Source of the DNA: Gammaproteobacteria bacterium
GTDB lineage: Bacteria; Pseudomonadota; Gammaproteobacteria; Steroidobacterales; Rariloculaceae
Length of the DNA: 64,000 nt
Reading direction: 5' to 3'
Assembly (NCBI GenBank): GCA_050485685.1
Contig: JBJHBW010000006.1
Coordinates: forward strand, 25,073 to 89,072
Shown here: piece after piece, positions 27,330 to 36,520 of the stretch
Layout of the letters: every line of letters begins with the position of its first letter
How positions within the stretch are numbered: position 1 is the first letter of the stretch
Program-made: the position numbers and the translations under genes
The notes under the pieces: model-generated
The model's input: only the letters and a program-made list of their open reading frames with translations
Databases searched by the model: none
Told to the model about the DNA's origin: nothing

Positions 27330-28412
27330 TCAGAAGTACGCATGCAGCTGGGCGAACCATTCGTCGCGATTCTGTGGCGCGGTGCCGGGTGTTCCGCGCA
27401 GGCGCCGGTAACCGACGCGACCCTGCAGGAACGGCACCGGGAAATATTCCCAGACTGCGCTGGTGCGGGTGCGCTGCCGCTGACCCGCTTCGGCGGGATA
27501 CAGGCGCTCGCCGGTCAGTTTCAGGTTGTGGCCGCGCGTTGGCATCCAGTTGGCTTCCAGTAGCGCGGCACGGCTGTGCCGACGTGGGCCGGTCTGGGTG
27601 TCGTCACGTATGTAGTCGACAGCCGCAAGCCAGGCTATCGGTCCGGTAAGAACTCCTGCATGGATTCCCGCCATGTTGCGGTCGCCAGCGTCCGTATCGT
27701 TGTGATTGAAACTTGCGCCGACCCGCCAGCGGCTGCGAATGTAGGTGGCATTCGTGCTGATCTGCTTGCCGTCATCGACTTCCGGTGCGCCGGCCGTGCC
27801 GTTGGTAACGGCGAACTGCGCCGACCAGCGCTGTCCGTCCAGGCCGAACTCCACGCCGGTGTCCGGTGTCGTGAAATTGATGCCGGTGGCCTGCTGGATG
27901 AAAGCGTTGTCGTCGGCCAGGCGCAGTCCGTGTGGCAGGAAGAATCGTCCAGCTCTCATGTACATCGAACCGCGACGCGGACGAAGCAGGGCATAGGACT
28001 GCCGGTTGGACGAACCTCTGGGACCGACGCGCTGATCGATATGCACCATCAATCGCTCAGGGACCAGCTGCACTGTCAGGTAGGCGAACATGTCCTGCAC
28101 TTCAAACTCTGTAGGTGGATCGTCGGCGTCATCGACGTCCATGCCGGCAACACGCGCGCGAAGATCTCCGCCGACAGATATCCAGCGATTGATGGCGCCG
28201 GTCCATGGTTCGCTGGTGGAGTCGCCACTGATGCGGTCACGTGCAAGCACATTGCTGCCCCATGCATTACCGAACACGGTTCGCTGTCCGCCGCCGCTCG
28301 GATTGACATGACAGTTCACACATTGCAATCCGCTGCGCACCGCCAGCCATGGTTCGGCATCGGCACGCTCCATCGTTGCACCAAGGCCGACTATCGTCAG
28401 CGTTAACATCAC
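27330..28412 (-). CDS. fused monoheme cytochrome-porin-like outer membrane protein (Cyc2-like architecture)
   Basis: Signal peptide ending ADA, with CVNCH (28308-28322) 11 residues after the predicted cleavage site. Then about 330 aa with alternating beta-strand pattern ending ...WFAQLHAYF. Start at GTG/ATG 28412/28409. Confidence 0.6.
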   Translation of the reverse strand: MMLTLTIVGLGATMERADAEPWLAVRSGLQCVNCHVNPSGGGQRTVFGNAWGSNVLARDRISGDSTSEPWTGAINRWISVGGDLRARVAGMDVDDADDPPTEFEVQDMFAYLTVQLVPERLMVHIDQRVGPRGSSNRQSYALLRPRRGSMYMRAGRFFLPHGLRLADDNAFIQQATGINFTTPDTGVEFGLDGQRWSAQFAVTNGTAGAPEVDDGKQISTNATYIRSRWRVGASFNHNDTDAGDRNMAGIHAGVLTGPIAWLAAVDYIRDDTQTGPRRHSRAALLEANWMPTRGHNLKLTGERLYPAEAGQRQRTRTSAVWEYFPVPFLQGRVGYRRLRGTPGTAPQNRDEWFAQLHAYF

Positions 28413-28519
28413 CGCGTGACGCAGGATCGGCAGGGCAAGCCGTGCACGGTGACAGGATGCACCAGCTTCCGGACTGGCCTTTTCAGGTGTGCCGTGCGTC
28501 CTGCCCAGGTGCGGGCCGG

Positions 28520-29452
28520 TCACTGGGCGGTGCCTCTTACTGTGAAAGTCAGTTTCAGGTCGCCGCCTTCGCGGCCGTCGCCCGACGGGAATGACCGCAC
28601 CCAATCACCGTCGAGGCGGTTTCCGGCCAGATCCAGGACAGGCGTCGGGCCGGTGCCTGTCAGGACCAGTCGATAGCTGGCGTCCCCGTGCTGCGTACCG
28701 GCCGGTGCGACATGAATAGACCGGGGATTTGCCAGCGGTACGCTGATCGATGCTATTGGGATATCGACTGCTGTGCCGGAGTCGAATGCACCATCGACTC
28801 CACTACGCTGCAATCTCACGGAACCGTAGTGCACCGTGGACGCGTCAAGCTCGCGATCGAACATGATAACGATACGTTCAGGCAGGGCCTCGATCTCACT
28901 GTCCGGGACGATAGATGATCCCAAGGCCCGTACGGCCATCATAGAGCTGGAGCTGCCCTGCTGCGCGCCTTCAGTTATCCACTGTCGAATCACATTGATG
29001 TCGCTTTGTGGTAGTGGTGGACCGCCTTCGGGCATGCGCGCTCCAACCGCCGCCGTGCCTTCAAGCTTTTGAATCAGGTAGCTGTCATCGGGATTGCCGG
29101 GTTCAACACGCATCAGGTCAGGTGCCTGAACACTGGGAACATCAACCAGCAGTCCGTAACTGTTTGCCGCATCCAGCATCAGCCCTTCCGGGGCTGCGGC
29201 TCCTGCGTGGCAGGCGGTGCAGATGGGCGTGAAGATGTGCGCCTGAATGGAAGGCAGCGTCGCTATCAGCGGGTCACCGGGCGGTGGCTGATATGGATCT
29301 TCAGGTGGTGGAGGTGGTGGTGGCGGGGCACCACCATTACCACCGCCGTTTCCCGGCGGCCCGCCGCCGCTGCTGCCGCCGCAGGCGCCGAGAAAAGTCG
29401 CAGCGAGGGCCACTGTGCATGCGCGGGCGACTTTGTACCTCGGGAATTTCAT
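28520..29452 (-). CDS. lipoprotein with cytochrome-c-type CxxCH domain (PSCyt1-like) and Ig-like C-terminal domain
   Basis: GGAGGA RBS and ATG 29452. Lipobox LGAC, a Gly/Pro-rich linker, and IFTPICTACHAG (CTACH at 29207-29221). This is followed by PGNPDDSYLIQK...MP...INVIRQWITEGA, the planctomycete-type cytochrome c pattern. C-terminal beta-rich domain. Confidence 0.6.
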   Translation of the reverse strand: MKFPRYKVARACTVALAATFLGACGGSSGGGPPGNGGGNGGAPPPPPPPPEDPYQPPPGDPLIATLPSIQAHIFTPICTACHAGAAAPEGLMLDAANSYGLLVDVPSVQAPDLMRVEPGNPDDSYLIQKLEGTAAVGARMPEGGPPLPQSDINVIRQWITEGAQQGSSSSMMAVRALGSSIVPDSEIEALPERIVIMFDRELDASTVHYGSVRLQRSGVDGAFDSGTAVDIPIASISVPLANPRSIHVAPAGTQHGDASYRLVLTGTGPTPVLDLAGNRLDGDWVRSFPSGDGREGGDLKLTFTVRGTAQ

Positions 29453-29579
29453 ATGCAATCCTCCGCCAGACCGTGATGGCCCCGAACGGGCGTATCTGTC
29501 TGCTCAGTGGTAGCAGGCAGGCCGGAGGTTCAAAGCGAAGCGGATTTTTTCAGTCCGACTGATCGAGGTACGGTCAGTG

Positions 29580-31841
29580 CTACGGAATCCAGGCGTAGCT
29601 CATCTTGATGAAGAAGACGCGGTCTGTCTCGGTCAGCGACCGGAACGTGCTGTCTTCGCGCAGGTTGCCGGAATAGCCGGCAAAGACCACTGTCTGCGGG
29701 TTCAGCTTGTATGAATACAGCAGCTGGGAACCGAAGGATTCGGTGCGTGGTTCCACGCCCGGAAAAACGTACATATCGGGATTGCGCTCTACTCGCTGGC
29801 GCTGCATCGTCAGGCGCACGAAGCTGCGCACGCTGAACTGCCAGGTCATCCGCAGGTCGGTCAGCTGGGCGTCGAAGATCGTCGGGCCTTCCTTGCCCGT
29901 GAATCGCTGCGATGTGTGCTGAAGCCGGATCAATAGATTGCGGTTCGCGTTCCACTCCAGGCTGGGCTCGAACATGACCTCATCAGCGATGCGCGCATTG
30001 GCGAAGTCTACCTGTTCGCTACGGCGAATCGCCGTGCCGACCGAGAGTCCGCCAAGCGGGCGTACCTGGCCGAAAGCGAATATTCCCTTTGCGTCGAAAA
30101 GCTCTCCGGCCCAGTACTGCTGCCGCATGATCAGGCCGGTGCGCATGAATGACTGCAAAGGACCGTTGAAAATGAAAAACAACTGTGTGTTGCGCTCAAG
30201 CAGCTGGCCGCCGTTTTCCACGGTGCGACTGTTCTGCATGCCGGTGCGCAGCTGGTTCCAGACGCGCACGCCGCCACCGTGCCAGACCCGTTCGATGTTT
30301 GCGTTGAGCTGCTCGACGCCGACGCGGCCGATGAATCCGCTGTCGGCGCGAAAACCTTCGTCCGTGGCAAAGCGATTGAAGCTCGCGTTCCACTGCCGCG
30401 TGTTGTAGTTGTACTGCACGCGGCTTGCCGAGCCTGTGAAACTGTCCTGCGGCTGCCCGTAAGCTGTGACGATCTCGTCCGGGTAGGCTGTGTCGGAGTG
30501 CAGGTACTGGAAGCGTATGTTGTGACTGTCGGTAAGCCGCAGGCGTCCGTCTATGCCGGTCACACGATTGTGATAGTCGTCGCCGGACCGCAGGGTCGTC
30601 AGAAAGCCTATTGTTGACGCGTCGCCGAAGCCACGGCTGTAGCGCCCGACAAGTGTTCTGTTCGACCGTTCAAGTCCTGCCATCGACGAGCGCTGTGACC
30701 CGGGCAGGAGCAGTGTGGTCAGCGAGTCGTCGGCGGCAAAAAGTCCGAAGGTGTTATTGCCGCTGCGGCCGGTGAGTTTGGCGCCGATATCGGGGTTCAC
30801 GACCGTGCGCGTGAAGACCGCGTTGATCGGTGTGTCGAAGTAGTCGGCACCTTCGAGAAAAAACGGACGCCGTTCCGGAAAGGATATTGCGAACGGGTTG
30901 TTGACGGTCAGCTGTGCCTGATCCGCCTCGACCTGAGAGAAGTCCGGATTCAGTGCGAAATTCGCCGTCAGGTTCGGCGTAATGCCCCAGCGCACGTTGA
31001 CGCCGACGTCGGAATCGGTGTCTGCCTTCGACAGCCTTTCAGTCACGTTGTCGTAGCGTTGTACGTGTGATGCCGTCAGTGAGGGCACGATCTCAAGGCC
31101 GCGGCCCGGGCGGGCATCGGCAAAGCCGCGTACGCGCGTGGTCTGGCACAGGTAACAGTTTCGGCCGCGTTCCTGCGGATTGATCGACAGTCGACGGCGG
31201 TTCTCGCGCGGGTAGAAGCGGATCAGGTCTATGCCCCAGGTCTGCGGCGTGTCGGTGGACGGAAAGCGCAGCTGGCTGAACGGAATCGCGAACTCGACGA
31301 TATAGCCGTTGTCGGTAATGCGGCCGGCCGAATCCCAGATCGCGTCCCACGAGCTGTCGGTGTTGCCGTTGACGTCGTCGTGGATGCGGTCAGTCTGCAC
31401 GCCGAGTGCGTTGACAAAGAACTCGAACGCGCGACGCTCATCGTTGAACGTGTCGATCACGATGCCGACTGAGTCGTCATCGAGTCCGGAGTCCCGGTCG
31501 CGAAGATATGCGCGGATGGCAGAAGGGTCCGGATCGCGTGCATGAAATGCGACCAGCAGCCTGGAGCCATCCTCGATCAGGTAAGCGGTGGTACGCACCG
31601 GAGCCGGTTCGTTTTCGCGCGGATTGGTTTCGATGTTGAGTTCGAAGGTCAGCGCATCGGCCCAGAACGGCTCATCGAGCACGCCGTCGACGCGGATAGT
31701 GCCATCGGTTCGCGGCACGACAGGAATTCCGTCGTCTGCGGCCGAACCTTGAGATGTCGGACCCGACTGCGCGCCGGCCGCGGATGCGACAATGAGCGCG
31801 ATCACCGCGGTCGCGCTTCGGTACCCCCCAAACCGGCGCAA
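29580..31841 (-). CDS. DUF5916 / carbohydrate-binding family 9-like domain protein with C-terminal beta-barrel
   Basis: Signal peptide and an N-terminal CBM9-like segment (IRVDGVLDEPFWADA...VAFHARDPDP...DSVGIVIDTFNDERRAFEFFVN). About 500 aa of beta-rich sequence ending ...SYAWIP. Confidence 0.7.
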   Translation of the reverse strand: MRRFGGYRSATAVIALIVASAAGAQSGPTSQGSAADDGIPVVPRTDGTIRVDGVLDEPFWADALTFELNIETNPRENEPAPVRTTAYLIEDGSRLLVAFHARDPDPSAIRAYLRDRDSGLDDDSVGIVIDTFNDERRAFEFFVNALGVQTDRIHDDVNGNTDSSWDAIWDSAGRITDNGYIVEFAIPFSQLRFPSTDTPQTWGIDLIRFYPRENRRRLSINPQERGRNCYLCQTTRVRGFADARPGRGLEIVPSLTASHVQRYDNVTERLSKADTDSDVGVNVRWGITPNLTANFALNPDFSQVEADQAQLTVNNPFAISFPERRPFFLEGADYFDTPINAVFTRTVVNPDIGAKLTGRSGNNTFGLFAADDSLTTLLLPGSQRSSMAGLERSNRTLVGRYSRGFGDASTIGFLTTLRSGDDYHNRVTGIDGRLRLTDSHNIRFQYLHSDTAYPDEIVTAYGQPQDSFTGSASRVQYNYNTRQWNASFNRFATDEGFRADSGFIGRVGVEQLNANIERVWHGGGVRVWNQLRTGMQNSRTVENGGQLLERNTQLFFIFNGPLQSFMRTGLIMRQQYWAGELFDAKGIFAFGQVRPLGGLSVGTAIRRSEQVDFANARIADEVMFEPSLEWNANRNLLIRLQHTSQRFTGKEGPTIFDAQLTDLRMTWQFSVRSFVRLTMQRQRVERNPDMYVFPGVEPRTESFGSQLLYSYKLNPQTVVFAGYSGNLREDSTFRSLTETDRVFFIKMSYAWIP

Positions 31842-32026
31842 GGACTTGTCTCCTGTATGACGGATTCAGCGCTTCCGGCGTTATCCGCTACTGTGCAACT
31901 GCCGATGTTATTTTGAGACTCCGGAAGCCGCGCATCATATACGCCGTTTCCAGCGAAGTCATTGGACGGTCTCCAGGTTCGATGGTTCGCTTTGTGGAGG
32001 GAGCGGTATTGGTGAGGCGTGCCCGC

Positions 32027-33121
32027 TCAGTCCGGATCGGATTGCCTGGACGGATTCAGCGCAATAGGCTCAGTCGGATTCGGCGAGAACTCCTGCTGTG
32101 CCATCTGCCACAGTGTCAGGAACAATGCTGCGATGATCGGGCCGATCACGATGCCGGCGAGTCCGAACGCGGCAAGGCCGCCCAGCGTGGACAGCAGGAT
32201 CAAATAGTCCGGAAGGCGCGTGTCGCGGCCGACCAGCATGGGTCTGAGCACGTTATCGGCGAGGCCGATCACGATTGCGCCGAACACAATCAGCATGACG
32301 CCGGCTATCCAGCTGCCGGTCGCAATCAGATAGATCGAAGCAGGTATCCACACCAGCGCCGGACCCACGGCCGGAATGATGCTGAGCAGTGCCATGACCA
32401 CTCCCCACAGCACCGGCGCACCGATGCCCAGCACCCAGAAGGCCACCCCGCCCAGCGTGCCCTGCACGACACCGACGATCAGCGTACCCTTGATCGTGGC
32501 GCGCGAAACTTCGGTGAAGCGTTCCAGCAGCACATGCTCTCGCCGTCGCCCCAGCGGCAGGGCCTTGATCAGGCCTTCCAGCATTTTCGGGCCGTCGCGC
32601 AGGAAGAAGAACAGCAGGTACAGCATCAGGAACATCAGAATCGTGAAGCGCACGGCATCCTGTCCGAATGCAATGGCACGCGAGGCGACGAAGCTGCTGG
32701 TGGCGACCGCGGCCGATGACAGCTGCGACTGGAGATCGTCGATATCCAGGCCCATGGTATCCAGCCAGCCGCTCAGCTGCGGCAGGTATGCCGTGGCTGA
32801 CTCATACCAGCTCTCGACATCGATCTCCCTGTCGCTGAGGCGCTGATACAGCGCGGTGGCCTCGGCGGCAATCGCTGCCACCACGGCGGTCAGCGGCATG
32901 ATCACGATCATCACGATGACGACGACGGTGGAAGCGGACGCGACGGAACTGCGACCGCGCATGCGCCGTTCCAGAGCGCGGTACATGGGATAGAAAAGAA
33001 TGGCCAGCGCCGCAGCCCAGAATATCGGCTGCATGAAGCCGCGTATCAGCCAGAGAAACGCGATCGTACCCGCGGCGAGCAGCAGCACGAACATGGTTCT
33101 CTGCATGGACCAGTCGTTCAT
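32027..33121 (-). CDS. AI-2E family transporter (PerM/UPF0118)
   Basis: Eight or so TM helices with typical motifs (KGTLIVGVVQGTLGGVAFWVLGI, PAVGPALVWIPASIYL, IGLADNVLRPMLVG). Confidence 0.85.
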   Translation of the reverse strand: MNDWSMQRTMFVLLLAAGTIAFLWLIRGFMQPIFWAAALAILFYPMYRALERRMRGRSSVASASTVVVIVMIVIMPLTAVVAAIAAEATALYQRLSDREIDVESWYESATAYLPQLSGWLDTMGLDIDDLQSQLSSAAVATSSFVASRAIAFGQDAVRFTILMFLMLYLLFFFLRDGPKMLEGLIKALPLGRRREHVLLERFTEVSRATIKGTLIVGVVQGTLGGVAFWVLGIGAPVLWGVVMALLSIIPAVGPALVWIPASIYLIATGSWIAGVMLIVFGAIVIGLADNVLRPMLVGRDTRLPDYLILLSTLGGLAAFGLAGIVIGPIIAALFLTLWQMAQQEFSPNPTEPIALNPSRQSDPD

Positions 33122-33128
33122 TCCTGGC

Positions 33129-34922
33129 TCACAGGTATAGCACGGGCAAGACGATGGACAGCGTAGTCCACATTATCAGCTGCAGCGGGATGCCTGTACG
33201 GAAAAAGTCCGTGAACTTGTAGCCGCCGGCGCTCATCACCAGCAGGTTGGTCTGGTAACCGATCGGCATCATGTAGGCCATGTTCGCACCAAACAGCACG
33301 GCAAGCACGAATGGCGTCGGAGGCAGCCCAAGCGTGTTGGCGATCGCCACCGCGATCGGCGTGGCGATGACGGCGACGGCGTTGTTGGTGATCACTTCGG
33401 TCAGCAGCGCGGTCAGAAGCAGCAGGCAGCTGAGTACGACCGGCGGCGGCAGGTCACGCGCAAGCGCGACGAAACCGTCCGCGATATATTCCGCGGCGCC
33501 GGTGGCAGCAAGCGTTGCGCCAAGCGCGAGGCTGGTCACGATGACCAGCACGAGGCGGGTGTCAATAGCGCTCCAGGCTTCATCCCAGGCAAGGCAGCGA
33601 CCCAGCAGCATCAGTCCCACCCCGCACAGTGCACTGGCCATGATCGGAAGTATGCCGAAAGCTGCGACGACGACGACTCCGATCATTAACGATGCTGCCA
33701 GTAACGCCTTTGCTGACCGCGGCACATGAATCGTGCGGTCCAGAATCAGCATGTTGTGGGTTTCCTTGAGCTGCTGTATGTCGCGGCGATCGCCCTGCAT
33801 CAGCAGCACGTCGCCGGTGCGCAGCAGAGGGTCGGTGCCTTCCTCGATCAGCGTCATGCGCTGACGGCCCGGGCGATGGACGCCGACCGGAAACAGTTTG
33901 CCCAGCGTTGCACTGCGCAGCTCGCTGAGTCGCTTCTTGTGCAATGGCGATTCGGCGGTGACGACGATCTCCACAAGCCGCTGATCGGGCGCGCGGCGCA
34001 GGTCGCGGTCGCTGAATCCGTCACCTATCGAATCCTGCAGCTTCTTGATCGCATCCGGTGAGCCGCGCACATGCAACCGGTCCCTGACACGCAACTTCAG
34101 GGTTGGCAGACGTGCCAGTTCCAGTGATTTGCCTCGCAGCACACGTTCGATGCGGATCTGGCCCTGCATCAGTCGCACAATGTCGGCCAGTGTCTGACCA
34201 GCGAACGGGCTGTCGTCAGTGACTTCGATGACCGCATCGAAGATACGCGGTGCACTGCCTTCCAGCGGCGAATGCCGGTCCGGCAGCAGTTTCGGTGCAA
34301 TCAGCCACAGGTAGACAATTGCCGCGCCGCCTGCGATTGCAGCGGGCAGCGCAAAGTCGAACATTTCCAGCCTGGGCACGCCAAGGTCCGCGGATACCCC
34401 CACCACCAGGAGGTTGGTCGAAGTGCCAATGGTCGTGGACATGCCGCCGATGATCGTCGCGTAGCCTACAGGGATCAGTATTCGTGATGGAGCCATGCCG
34501 ATGCGGTGCGCGACGCCGACCAGGATCGGCAACAACATGACGACGATGGGTGTGTTGTTCGCAAATGCGCTGACAAACGCGGCTACGACCAGCGTTGCCA
34601 GCAGCGCCAGTGTGCGGTTACGCAGCCAGAGCTGTACCAGCACACGGCCGACAGGGCGAAGAGCGCCGCTGATTTCCAGTCCCTTGCCGAGTATCAGCAA
34701 CAGGCAGATCGTGATCAACGCCTCGTTACCGAAGCCGCGCATGAATTCCACGCCGCGCAGACTGGTCTGTTCGGACTGATACGGGAACAGCTCAAAACTC
34801 AGTACAAGTACGAACAGGATCGCAACGCACGAGTATTCAAGCGGGATTCTCTGCCGCGTGAACAGAAAAAGAGCGATCAGCGTAATGGCTATGGCGGCGA
34901 TCGCATGCGGTTCAGGCAGCAT
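33129..34922 (-). CDS. SLC13/DASS-type permease with two central TrkA-C domains
   Basis: 597 aa with polytopic N- and C-terminal halves flanking two soluble TrkA_C-like segments (e.g. GQTLADIVRLMQGQIRIERVLR, TGDVLLMQGDRRDIQQL). Its start abuts the rarA stop (TGAATG). Confidence 0.8.
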   Translation of the reverse strand: MLPEPHAIAAIAITLIALFLFTRQRIPLEYSCVAILFVLVLSFELFPYQSEQTSLRGVEFMRGFGNEALITICLLLILGKGLEISGALRPVGRVLVQLWLRNRTLALLATLVVAAFVSAFANNTPIVVMLLPILVGVAHRIGMAPSRILIPVGYATIIGGMSTTIGTSTNLLVVGVSADLGVPRLEMFDFALPAAIAGGAAIVYLWLIAPKLLPDRHSPLEGSAPRIFDAVIEVTDDSPFAGQTLADIVRLMQGQIRIERVLRGKSLELARLPTLKLRVRDRLHVRGSPDAIKKLQDSIGDGFSDRDLRRAPDQRLVEIVVTAESPLHKKRLSELRSATLGKLFPVGVHRPGRQRMTLIEEGTDPLLRTGDVLLMQGDRRDIQQLKETHNMLILDRTIHVPRSAKALLAASLMIGVVVVAAFGILPIMASALCGVGLMLLGRCLAWDEAWSAIDTRLVLVIVTSLALGATLAATGAAEYIADGFVALARDLPPPVVLSCLLLLTALLTEVITNNAVAVIATPIAVAIANTLGLPPTPFVLAVLFGANMAYMMPIGYQTNLLVMSAGGYKFTDFFRTGIPLQLIMWTTLSIVLPVLYL

Positions 34923-36260
34923 TCAGTTCCGACTCCCCCGTTCGGCGAACCAGCGAAGGCGTTCGGCAATCTTCGCTTCCAGTCCCTGGTTGCCCGGTGC
35001 ATACCAGCGATTGCCCTTGAGCCGGTCGGGCAGAAACTGCTGACCACCGGCGTGACCGCCTTCATCGTGGTCATAACGATAACCGCTGCCGTAACCGAGT
35101 TCTTTCATGAGCTTCGTCGGCGCATTACGCAGATGCAGCGGCACCGCTTCTCCCGGGCTGTTGCGCGCGGCATCCAGTGCCTGGTTCCAGGCCTTGTACG
35201 CACTGTTGGATTTCGGCGCCGCGCAGAGATAGATCACGATCTGTGCCAGCGCAAGATCGCCCTCCGGTGAACCGAGGAACAGATACGCATCGCGGGCCTC
35301 CAGCGCCAGGCCCAGCGCGCGCGGATCAGCGAGCCCGATATCCTCGGCGGCCATGCGCACGATGCGGCGTGCGATATAGACCGGATCCTCGCCGGCATCG
35401 ATCATTCGCGCCAGCCAGTACAGTGCAGCGTCAGGATCGCTGCCGCGCACTGATTTGTGCAGCGCCGAAATCAGGTTGTAATGCTGTTCTCCTGCCTTGT
35501 CATAGCGGGGCAGGCGACGCTGCAGCAGCGCGGCCACGGCTTCTGCGTCCAGGGGCTTCTGTGGCGCGCGCCCGGCATGGGCGACATGGGTCCACACCGC
35601 CTCCAGCGCGGTCAGAGCGCTGCGTGCATCGCCGTCCGCATGTTGCGCGAGCAGCGCGAGCGCCGGCGCTTCCAACTGCAACGGCCGCGTGCCGGGTGCG
35701 TCCGCAGCAAGTCGCTCGATCGCGCGTTGCAGAAGTTCGGTGATGTCGTCTTCCGAGAGCGGCTCCAGTACGAACACCCGCATTCGTGACAGCAGCGCAG
35801 AGTTCAGCTCGAACGACGGGTTCTCCGTGGTGGCGCCGACCAGCGTGATCAGCCCTTCCTCTACGGAGGGCAGGAAGGCGTCCTGCTGGGCCTTGTTGAA
35901 GCGGTGGATCTCGTCGCAGAACAGCAGCGTGCCGCGACCATCCACGGCGCGACGCTGGCGCGCTTCGCGAATGATCTCGCGTACCCTGGGCACACCTTCG
36001 GTGACCGCACTGAACGGCACGTAGGTTTTCTCGGTGTGATTGGCCAGCAGGCGCGCCAGTGTGGTCTTGCCGCAGCCGGGCGGACCCCAGAACACCATGC
36101 TGCCGATCTGCCCGCGCGCAATGCCTTCACGCAACGGCTTGCCCGGTGCGAGCAGATGCTGCTGACCGAGGAACTCGTCCAGTGACTGCGGACGCATGCG
36201 ATGCGCCAGCGGCGCGTCGTGATCGTCGCCGCTTGTCAGGGGCAGCTTCTCCGTAACCAA
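34923..36260 (-). CDS. rarA: replication-associated recombination protein A (AAA+ ATPase RarA/MgsA)
   Basis: PLAHRMRPQSLDEFLGQQHLL, Walker A GPPGCGKTT, Walker B LLFCDEIHRFNK, plus the conserved C-terminal MgsA domain (HYNLISALHKSVRGSD, YLA.APKSN). Confidence 0.92.
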   Translation of the reverse strand: MVTEKLPLTSGDDHDAPLAHRMRPQSLDEFLGQQHLLAPGKPLREGIARGQIGSMVFWGPPGCGKTTLARLLANHTEKTYVPFSAVTEGVPRVREIIREARQRRAVDGRGTLLFCDEIHRFNKAQQDAFLPSVEEGLITLVGATTENPSFELNSALLSRMRVFVLEPLSEDDITELLQRAIERLAADAPGTRPLQLEAPALALLAQHADGDARSALTALEAVWTHVAHAGRAPQKPLDAEAVAALLQRRLPRYDKAGEQHYNLISALHKSVRGSDPDAALYWLARMIDAGEDPVYIARRIVRMAAEDIGLADPRALGLALEARDAYLFLGSPEGDLALAQIVIYLCAAPKSNSAYKAWNQALDAARNSPGEAVPLHLRNAPTKLMKELGYGSGYRYDHDEGGHAGGQQFLPDRLKGNRWYAPGNQGLEAKIAERLRWFAERGSRN

Positions 36261-36520
36261 GGGAATACGTGGTCCGAGCCGTATGTTCCGCGCATTCTAC
36301 CGGTCGCAAGCCGGTCGTGGACACGAATAACCGGTCACATCGATATGCCTGGGGATTCGTTGCCGGCTCGGGACAGAGCGGGTTCGGGCAAGTGCCGGAG
36401 CCGGTCAGGCGCGGTACACTCGGATACTGTTGGCAGATCCGGACCATAAGGACGGGACTCTCGGTGCAGGCCGATATGAGCGCGCCAGAAGTCTCAGAGG
36501 TCCGGGCCTGCGTGAGCGCC

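Noticed and set aside
28413-28604. N-terminal extension of the cytochrome-porin ORF
   Set aside because: It would overlap the upstream lipoprotein gene by 85 nt and encodes Arg/Pro-rich sequence. The signal peptide begins at 28412/28409.
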